A DNA stretch of 64,000 nt from Octopus vulgaris (taxonomy: Eukaryota): positions 54,064,001 to 54,128,000 of the forward strand of contig OX597817.1 in the NCBI GenBank assembly GCA_951406725.2. Direction: 5' to 3'. The translations under genes and the position numbers were made by a program. This document shows, piece after piece, positions 55,475 through 64,000 of this stretch. How positions within the stretch are numbered: position 1 is the stretch's first letter; every line of letters begins with the position of its first letter. The notes beneath the pieces are model-generated. The model was not told where the DNA came from. It did no database searches and was given only the letters and a program-made list of their open reading frames with translations.

Positions 55475-55741
55475 AGAATTCACAAAAAGACAAAAGACGA
55501 AGACAGGTATTTTAGAGAACAAACAGATGTATTAGTTTAACGCTCGGGAAGTGAGAAAGTCTTTTACGTTTCGAGCCTACGCTCTTCAACAGAAAGGAAC
55601 ACATAAATAAACAAGGAAAGAAAATAAAAAGGGTTTAGTGACTAGCGATCTATCATGGCGAGTCATATATATATATGCATACACACACACACGCACACAC
55701 ACGCACACACACGCACACACACGCACACACACACCCACACA

Positions 55742-55787
<46 letters not shown>

Positions 55788-55990
55788 CATACATATGTAT
55801 ATATATATATGTGTGTGTGTACACATATATGTATATATAAATATGCATATATATGTATATATTCCTTTCTGTTGAAGAACGTGGGCTCGAAACGTAAAAG
55901 ACATTTTCATTTTTCCCGAGCGTCAAACTAATACAAGTGCTTGTTATTTATACACCTGTCTTCGTCTTCTGTTTTTCTATAAATTTCAAC
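55470..55990. mobile_element. Divergent inverted pair of family A pLTR-like repeats, hammerheads at 55561-55596 (-) and 55865-55900 (+)
   Basis: Both read CTTT CTGTTGA A GA(G/A)C GT(A/G)G GCTC GAAA CG TA AAAG; separated by CA/TA microsatellite. Confidence 0.75.
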
Positions 55991-56039
55991 TATATATATA
56001 TACATAAATATGTGCCTCTGTGTGTATGTGTGTGTATCT

Positions 56040-56122
<83 letters not shown>

Positions 56123-56269
56123 CCAAACTGTCTCTCTCACACACGCATGCACACATTCTCTCTCTATACAAAGATGAGAGAAAGAGAAAAAGAGAGAAAG
56201 AGAGAAAGAGAGAAAGAGAGAGAACTATACCCAGACATATACACAAACACACATACACACACACACACA

Positions 56270-56322
<53 letters not shown>

Positions 56323-56334
56323 ACACACACGCGA

Positions 56335-56380
<46 letters not shown>

Positions 56381-56952
56381 TTGCAGAAATCTTTGTGCAT
56401 ACATGCACAAATGCATACATACATACTTAATTGCCTTCATACAAACACACACATACATATATTTCATATTTATATATATTTATACACACAGATGCATATG
56501 CATCCCTTTATGCATGTGTATATGTAGGTGTGCAATTTTACACGCAAGCTGCACCTGCGTGTGACTCACAAACTGTGCACGGTTGTGTAATTATTAGTGT
56601 ATTACAGGACTGAAAAACTTTGACAACCGTGGGAAATGCTATTAAACACAGACACACACAGACACACACACACACACATACAAACACACACAAACACACA
56701 CACACACACATACAAACACACACAAACACACACACACGTATATAAAGGTAAAATACTTATACTGACAATTTACGTGTATACAAACGTTAAATGCACAATT
56801 TAAGCACAAAGCATCTACACACATATATACATACGTGTACACCTATACAAATACGTGTACACTCATATATATATATGTAAATATATATATGTACATACCT
56901 ATATATATGTTTATATATATATATATATATATATATTTATAAATATATATAT

Positions 56953-56998
<46 letters not shown>

Positions 56999-57270
56999 AC
57001 ATATATGTATACAGACTTAACACTGACATGTGAATCACACATACACCGTTTTGTCGACACGATATATAAGACGTATGTCCATATAAACGCTCGAAAAATG
57101 CCAAAACACACACACACGCGCACACACACACCCACATGCACACAGCTATACACATATATACACACTTATACACACACATGCAAACATACACACACATGCA
57201 AACATACACACACACACACACACTCATACACACATACTCAATTACATACACATACATACCCGCACACATA

Positions 57271-57322
<52 letters not shown>

Positions 57323-58193
57323 TGTGTATATATCCTTCAGACACTTCTATTTACACTCAGTTCTATTTGTTTTAGACTTATAGAAAATGTTGACATTCAG
57401 CCGATCAAAGACCGCCCCACCTTTTTTTTCAACAAATTCACAAGTTGCTTTTTTTATACACACTGCTAATCTCTCTCTCTTTCACTTTCACACACACACA
57501 CACACACACACGCAGCAACACGCACTACCTGCATCAACACCCTTCCACCATCTACCATTCAAACCGCAAACACCTTCACACCTTTCCAGCATCTCACATC
57601 ATTCTCACAAATGTTGGCACGCCGACCCACCCATCTACGCACACCAGCTACCCTTCACAACTTAACCCTGTTCCCTCCTGTGCCAATACCTGCAATGTAT
57701 GCAAGTATGTATCTATGTGTTCGAGTGTATTCATGTATGTGGGTGTTTATGTGTATGTCAGTATGTATGTGTATGTGTATGTATGTACGTATGCGTATGT
57801 ATGTATGTATATGTGTATGTATGTGCGTATGTATGTATGTACGTATCTGTGTGTATGTATGTGGGTGTATGTATGTATGTATGTGGGTGTATATATGTAT
57901 GTGTGAATGTTTGTATGTGTGTGTGTGTGTATGTATAAATGCAGGTGCATGTATGTATATGAGTATGTATATATTTATGTATGTGTGTATGTATGTATCT
58001 GTGTATGTATATATGTGTATGTATGTATGTGGGTGTATGTGTGAATGTATGTATGAGTATGTATGTGAGTGTATGTACGTATATGTGTATATATGTATGC
58101 ATGTATGTACGTTGGTGTATGTATGTACCTATGTATATATATATATATATATATCTATATATATATATGTATATGTGTATATGTATATATATA

Positions 58194-58226
<33 letters not shown>

Positions 58227-59335
58227 GCTTGTAGATGTATATATCTATATATATATATACGTATCTATACTGGTGCGTGTAGACACCCATAAAACTAACT
58301 ATACAAAATATACACGCACAAACTAAACACACACACACGCATGCACATAAATGTGTATACAAGCGTGTGGGTGTGTGTGTATCTGTGTGTATGTATGTGT
58401 GTGTGTGTATGTGTGCGTGTGTGTGTGTATGTGTGTGTGTCTGTGTGTGCATTTTGCGTTTTATTTTATTTTATTTTATTTCATCCAACACGTCTAAATT
58501 GATGCAAAAATAAAATTGCAGAAATGTGGCATTTAAAAAAAAAATTATTGTTGATGTTGTTGTTGTCTTCGTTTTTTGATATTGTTTTTATTGGTGGGAG
58601 ATGTCAGAGAATGACAGCAAATATAAACAACAACAACAACAACAGCATCAACAACATCCTTTATCATCGCCATCTTTAGCCATCGCTGCCTCCACCGCCT
58701 CCCCCTCCGCCTTCAACGACATGGCAGCAATGACAGCAAAAATAGTTATATTAATGATTTTTACCTAAAAATATCTATAATAAAAATAATAACGGCTGCA
58801 GAAATAACATTAACAATCAAATCACCAGCTACAGCAGCAGCAGCAGTAGTAGCAGCAGCAGCAGTAGTAGTAGCAGCAGCAACAACAACGAATATATAAA
58901 CAATACCAGAACGACCACTAACACCAGCATCACCACCACTACCACCACCACCACCACCACCACCACCACCACCACCTCCACCACCACCACCACCACCACC
59001 ACCACTAACACCACCACCACCACCACCACCACCACCACCACCACTAACACCACCACTACCATTACCACCACCACTACCATCACCACCACCATCACCCCAG
59101 TACCACTGCCAGCACCACTTTCAACACCATCATCAGCAGCCGTTCAAGAATTTGGACCTGGAGATCTCCATTTCTAGCGACTTCGAGGGTCACCTCCCAG
59201 TGGTGTCCGGCGTCAACGAAGAGCCCTCGACTACAAGACGACCAAAGTTTTTTTTCTTTTTCCCAAGGTCTGGGGTCTCCCGCTCCTAAGCCCTAGACCA
59301 TCACCTAATCACCCTTATTCATCTTGTTGCTTAAT

Positions 59336-59373
<38 letters not shown>

Positions 59374-59561
59374 CTACAACAACAACACCAACAACAACAA
59401 CAGCAGCAACAGCAACATTGGCTACACCAATACGAACAATAACATCTGCAATATCATAAATAGTCGTAACAACAGCATTTCCAGTTGCATCTTCATCAAC
59501 AGTTATTTAAAACATCATCACCATCATCAACATTATAAACAAGAGTAATACTGTTTTCATA

Positions 59562-59810
59562 GAGAGTGACCACAAAAAACCTGAACCCCCAAAATTTTTA
59601 TTAAATCCTACAAAGTTCCAGCAAATTTCAAGAAATTTGCTGGACTTAATCTTCGGTCTGTGTACGATCATTATCTTTGCATAAAAGTCATGTTCTTTTC
59701 CAAATATGCTCCAAATGGCATCCGTCGTGCAAAATTGCCAATTACTCGAACACATTCCTCTCTGGAGAATTTCCCTGATTTCTGCTGTGATTGCTGCCTT
59801 CAGCTTACCA
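59562..59810 (-). mobile_element. 3' end of a Tc1/mariner transposon
   Basis: LKAAITAEIREI..ECVRVIGNFARR..HLEHI C-terminus (frameshifted), then TIR-like end ..ttttttgtggtcactctc|TA. Confidence 0.7.
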
Positions 59811-59864
59811 AATCTTTTGAGGGAATACCTTAGAAATGAAAACCCAGGTTCGAAATTTCCCAAA

Positions 59865-59910
59865 GACACCTGATGAAGGCTGGAGGCTATATCAGCCGAA
59901 GCGTTGTGTT
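59865..59910 (+). ncRNA. Minimal hammerhead in pLTR-like repeat 59822-59998 (A15.1>G)
   Basis: GACAC CTGATGA A GGCTG-gaggctatat-CAGCC GAAG CG TT GTGTT. Confidence 0.7.
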
Positions 59911-60235
59911 AACAACAAACAAGATGAGGACAAATATCCGTCAAATGTAAATAATGTAAATAATGTACATAATTCCTCATCTCTTTAATATAGAACTGTG
60001 TTGTCCTTGATATATCCCAACAGGTAAGAATCTGGTGGGGGTGGCCCCGTCTTGCTGGAACCATTGCTCATCTCGATCTATCCCTCTGCGTCGTTTTATT
60101 CGACTAAAGGCGGTGCTCCAGCATGGCCACAGTCAATGACTGAAACAAGTAAAAGGGTACGTAAATATCGAACGACGAGAATGAGCGTGCGTTCAAAACG
60201 CTTCTTGGATAAGAAGTTTTATATTTGTGTATTAA

Positions 60236-60464
60236 GGTAACCATTAGTTTCATGTTAAGAAAATATCTTAATACCTTAAGATTTTCAAGCCGCTCACATG
60301 GAGAAATCCTGCCCAACTCTATTTTGGATGAAGATTCAAAGAAGTTTCCTTTTTGTGTTTTTTGCTTGTGCTTTCATCCAAAATGTTGACGAACACTATT
60401 CCTCCATGTGATTGACTTGGCCAAGATATAAAGATATTTTCTTAACATGAAATCAATTGTAGGT
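60236..60464. mobile_element. MITE with TTAA flanks (Kolobok-like, tentative)
   Basis: TTAA|ggtaaccattagtttcatgttaagaaaatatc ... gatattttcttaacatgaaatcaattgtaggt|TTAA; one-ended copy at 37762. Confidence 0.7.
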
Positions 60465-60472
60465 TTAATGCG

Positions 60473-60537
<65 letters not shown>

Positions 60538-60675
60538 ATATATATACACATTTATATATCTATACATACATGTATATATCTATATCTCTTATTATAATAT
60601 GTATATAAGAAGTTTTGCGTAATGAGATAAAAAAAACCAAGGCTGTATAGATATTAGAGCATTAATAGATAGAAG

Positions 60676-60727
60676 GTCTTACAGCTGTTTCTAGGATATT
60701 AATTAATAATATCCCTTCATCGGAGAC
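60676..60727 (-). ncRNA. Type I hammerhead motif with U4C core and GUA site
   Basis: GTCT CCGATGA AG GGATATTA-ttaat-TAATATCC TA GAAA CAGCTG TA AGAC; element lies between TA repeats. Confidence 0.7.
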
Positions 60728-60780
60728 GATGTGAGAGGAAAATTAAGTCATAGTTAGTCATATATATGTGTATATATATG

Positions 60781-60844
<64 letters not shown>

Positions 60845-62336
60845 CATACACACATATGTAACCGGCTTCTTTTAGTTTCCGTTTACCAAATCTAGTCACA
60901 AGGCTTTGGTCGCTCCGAGGTTATGGTAGAAGACACTTGGCCAAGATGCTACGCAAGTCATGCCGTGAGCACAAGACCCAAGAAATATGTGGCTACATTC
61001 AATCCGTCTCAACGCAGAGGAGGCATTCCTGGATGTTACCATTGTGCCGAACACCAGTGGATGTCAGCTGTTGGATTTTGGAGAATTCCGCTCTTGAATG
61101 GACGAAGAAGATCGCTTTTATCACATTGATGTTATTTTGATGTTATTGGCAAAAGGAAACTTAAAACCCAAGTGAGGACCAACCAGTGCTTATAGTGGAC
61201 TGATTCCCTGCACGGTATGGTCAAGAAATATTTTGGTTTGCGACATTTGAGAAGGATGTATGAAGTCCACCCTGGAGGCTTGGTCGGAGAATTACCAATA
61301 TGCCTTTCTTTCTTTTTTTCTTTCTTTTATTTTTGTTTTTCTTTCCTCCTTTCTTCTTGCTTTCTTTCCTTCCTTCCTTCCTTCCTTCCTTCCTTCCTTC
61401 CTTCCTTCCTTCCTTCCTTCCTTCCTTCCTTCCATCCTTTCTTTCTTTCTTCTTCCTTCCTTCTTTTCTTTTGTTCTTTCTTTCTTTCGTTCTTTCTTTC
61501 TCCCTTCCTTCCTTCCTTCCTTCCTTCCTTCCTTCCTTTCTTTCTTCCTTTCTTTCTTTCTTTCATTCTTCCTTCATTCCTTCTTTCCTTTCTTTCTTCA
61601 TTCCTTTCTTTCTTTCATTCTTCCTTCCTTCCTTCTTTCCTTTCTTTCTTCATTCATTTCTTTCTTTCTTTCTTTCGTCTCTGTAGCCTCACGCAAGGTC
61701 ATAGGTAGTACACTTTCACCTAATCGTAAGACGTAAAAACGTTAAAAAAAAAACAAGAAAAAAAAAAACCCAAAAGTCTTAAAGATCAGATCAATGCTTG
61801 GCCAGTATTGATTGACTGGAAAGACATTCATCGATGGGCCAAATGCGAAATATCAGATTTCACCAAATCTCCCGCTCGGTGCACAAACTGAACTTATTTT
61901 ACCAACTTCAGAAATCAATATATTTAATTCTTTAAAAACAAATCGTTGGCAGTGTGCTATTTCTTAATCTTTTCTTGCTTCGACTATAAAGGGCTGAGAG
62001 CATTAAAGCGAGCACCCACCCCCACAAACACGCACATACACACACACACGCACGCACGCACACACGTGTTTACTGTAATTCTTGTTCTCCAAGGAAGGAA
62101 GTGAATTCATTAAATTCCTCATGTTTAAACCATAAACCTACAAATGATGAGTTGACGTAGGCAATCGGATTAATTATTTAAACCAATCAAATTCTCTTTT
62201 GCACATCACCTGACGCACCCTTCCCACTTTAGTGCCCGCTTTTTTTTTGGTTCAAGGAATAATTTATGTACGTCTGTATGTACATATGTGCATATGTGTG
62301 TTTGTACGCATGTATGTCTCTCTCTCTCTCTCTCTT

Positions 62337-62419
<83 letters not shown>

Positions 62420-62680
62420 CTGTGTTTGTGCGTGCATATATATATATGTGCGTATGTGTGTCTATGTGTACATATCTACTGGTGTGTGTGTGTGTGTGTG
62501 TGTAGAAAGGAACGCATTTCAGCAAACATATATATATATATACATATAAATATAAATATGTACACACATATCCATACATATATATATATATATATATACA
62601 TACACGCACATGAGAAAACTTACATATTTTCATATATATATATATATATATAGTGTATATATGTATGTGTGTATGTGTGC

Positions 62681-62728
<48 letters not shown>

Positions 62729-63224
62729 GTGTGTAAGCGCGAGCGCATTTGGAAGAATGGATTAGAAGTTTTCTCCATAGCGTTCAGATACCGTGTTCGT
62801 TACCGCAGCGTTGCATCTTGGCCAAATGCAATTTTCTATAACCCCAGTTCAACCCATACCTTCTGAGTGAAACTGAGATGACGGAAACTGTAAGGAATCT
62901 CAACAGATGCATTGTATCTATAATTCATAAGGTACAGCTTTGTCATACACACATTCACACACATTCACATTCACACACATATACACTCACTCATATACTG
63001 TCACAATGATTCTGTACCTGTAAGTGGTCGGCCCAAGGCTATAGTAGAAGACAGTTGCCGAAGGTGCTACGCAGTAGGACTGAACCCAGAACCATGTGGT
63101 TGTGAAGCAAGCTTCTTAGCACACAGACACACCTGCACCTATATACATATACATACAAACAGACACGCATACATGCATACATTCTTTTATACATACAAAT
63201 CTATCAATCTATCTGTCTGTCTGC

Positions 63225-63325
<101 letters not shown>

Positions 63326-63813
63326 ACTAATGATCGATATCTGTTGCATATTCTACCCAAACTATATTCCTCTTTTCATCAGACATTACCCATTAACCAA
63401 TGTAAGAATTGACAGAGAAATGGTTTAAATTTAATGTCACGAAATTTAGTCTTGACTGAGGCAGTCCACACCGCTTCAGTCAGGCGAAACTTACAGGCTA
63501 AGGGGCGAAACGCTTGTGACTTCGATATACAGGCTGATGATACGGAAGGGTTTTCGACATAGCAATGGATTTAGAACAACTTGCAAAACCTCTCAGTAGC
63601 CTTGCGTCGGATAAAGCATCTCCGATGTTTATTTAATCTCTTCCTTCTGTCTCGATGGCTCTGAAATTATAAACTTTAATAAGTGCTGCACTTCCTTCTC
63701 TGATTAAACGGCTAAACCGTACAAACACCCACATGAAAGTCTTCTTCACATTCGCACAGAAGACGTACTTGCTCAATGAAAAAGAAACACACACACACAC
63801 ACACACACACACT

Positions 63814-63861
<48 letters not shown>

Positions 63862-64000
63862 TATGAATGATCCACTAGACCCACCATTGCTTCTAGGAAG
63901 GTGTAATTTGTTCATCTAAGTGGAAGCATGGCATGTCTACAAACATTGTTGAACGGTTCGCAGCCAATCGTTTGGCCGAGTCAGAGACGTATGCCTGCGT

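Noticed and set aside
60937-61140. Possible RTE LINE C-terminal fragment (IQSVSTQRRHSW..CRTP)
   Set aside because: Similarity too weak to call by eye

Overview
Repeat-dense, AT-rich animal genomic DNA with no recognisable intact host gene. Almost all ORFs in the track are translations of microsatellites. The SINE families and the extreme microsatellite load suggest an octopus (cephalopod) genome; this is an inference. Identifiable content: tRNA-derived SINEs of three families; decayed LINE fragments (R4/Dong RT and RLE, CR1 3' ends, an I-group-like RT); Tc1/mariner relics and MITEs; a decayed Penelope-type GIY-YIG endonuclease; a 2.3-kb in-phase trinucleotide array; and short unique islands rich in TF-like motifs. 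The main unexplained signal is roughly 20 complete or partial minimal type I hammerhead ribozyme motifs. Their layout is stem I - CUGANGA - stem II - GAAA - palindromic stem III - UH - stem I. They belong to about ten unrelated non-coding repeat families, sit mostly next to (TA)n, and often occur as divergent inverted pairs. One is a nearly identical 561-bp tandem-plus-inverted array. Several families carry non-canonical cores (A6U, U4C, U3-A8). All structures were folded by eye; none was computed or tested.
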